From Pseudomonas phage P7869: a stretch of DNA of 52,373 nt. Positions 52,319 to 52,373 of this stretch are shown here, in pieces. Below the pieces are notes generated by a model, which saw nothing but the letters and a program-made list of their open reading frames with translations, made no database searches and was not told the origin of the DNA. The stretch is from sequence record PV173770.1. One strand, given 5' to 3'. The position numbers and the translations under genes are program-made. Every line of letters starts with the position of its first letter. Within the stretch, counting starts at the first letter, position 1.

Positions 52319-52373
52319 TAGGGGTGGGGCGGGTCAAAACCTTAGAACCTTTCGCTAGGACACCTCGCCCCCA

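Overview
This window reads as a complete, cos-ended temperate siphovirus genome of about 52 kb rather than a chromosomal segment. It is visibly GC-rich, with HK97-type head genes and a lambda-type tail, so a Pseudomonas-like host is plausible but unverified. Gene order is lambda-like, starting from the left end.

The plus-strand late operon runs from 37 to 21,899. It contains TerS(P27)-TerL-portal-ClpP-like protease-HK97 capsid, then gp6/gp7-like connectors. A moron cluster follows (GIY-YIG, Gp49-like, GT9-like glycosyltransferase, SAM methyltransferase), and a DUF115/Maf-like gene sits next to the capsid gene. Then come gp10/gp11-like proteins, the major tail protein, and the G/G-T chaperones with the exact lambda GGGAAAG -1 slippery site. 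The operon continues with the tape measure, M/L/K/J-like tail tip genes, and a mosaic beta-helix tail fiber. It ends with a GH24 endolysin (next to a remnant of a displaced GH19 lysin), Rz and Rz1.

attP lies at 21.9-22.2 kb. It carries the 3' half of a type-II tRNA, probably Leu-UAG, flanked by ACGTGAA arm repeats, followed by int and xis on the minus strand. A roughly 15 kb leftward early region (23.6-37.9 kb) is full of small genes. These include Ead/Ea22-like TPGPW-motif paralogs, an AT-rich NUMOD4-HNH homing endonuclease, an Rmf-like protein, a 93-aa protein ending in the SSB tail DDDIPF, a YqaJ/lambda-Exo exonuclease, and a protein carrying about sixteen 27-bp in-frame tandem repeats.

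The immunity region has a lambda-like layout. OL operators sit beside an rrn-type boxA-like element. The cI operon (LexA/S24-type) carries three extra co-oriented genes in the rexAB position. OR has three operator copies between cI and cro.

The rightward early region encodes a YdaT-like protein, an O-like replication protein with two embedded iteron clusters (4 x GTCACGC at 10-bp spacing), a primase-helicase, and NinB-like and NinG proteins. A candidate late regulator is followed by a 600-nt leader with a terminator. Downstream are three phage tRNAs (Gly-UCC, Asn-GUU, Thr-UGU), holin-like membrane proteins, an HNH endonuclease, and cos.

Two candidates stand out as new biology. One is the cI-linked three-gene accessory cassette, a possible exclusion or defence system. 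The other is a putative virion-glycosylation gene set inside the structural operon.
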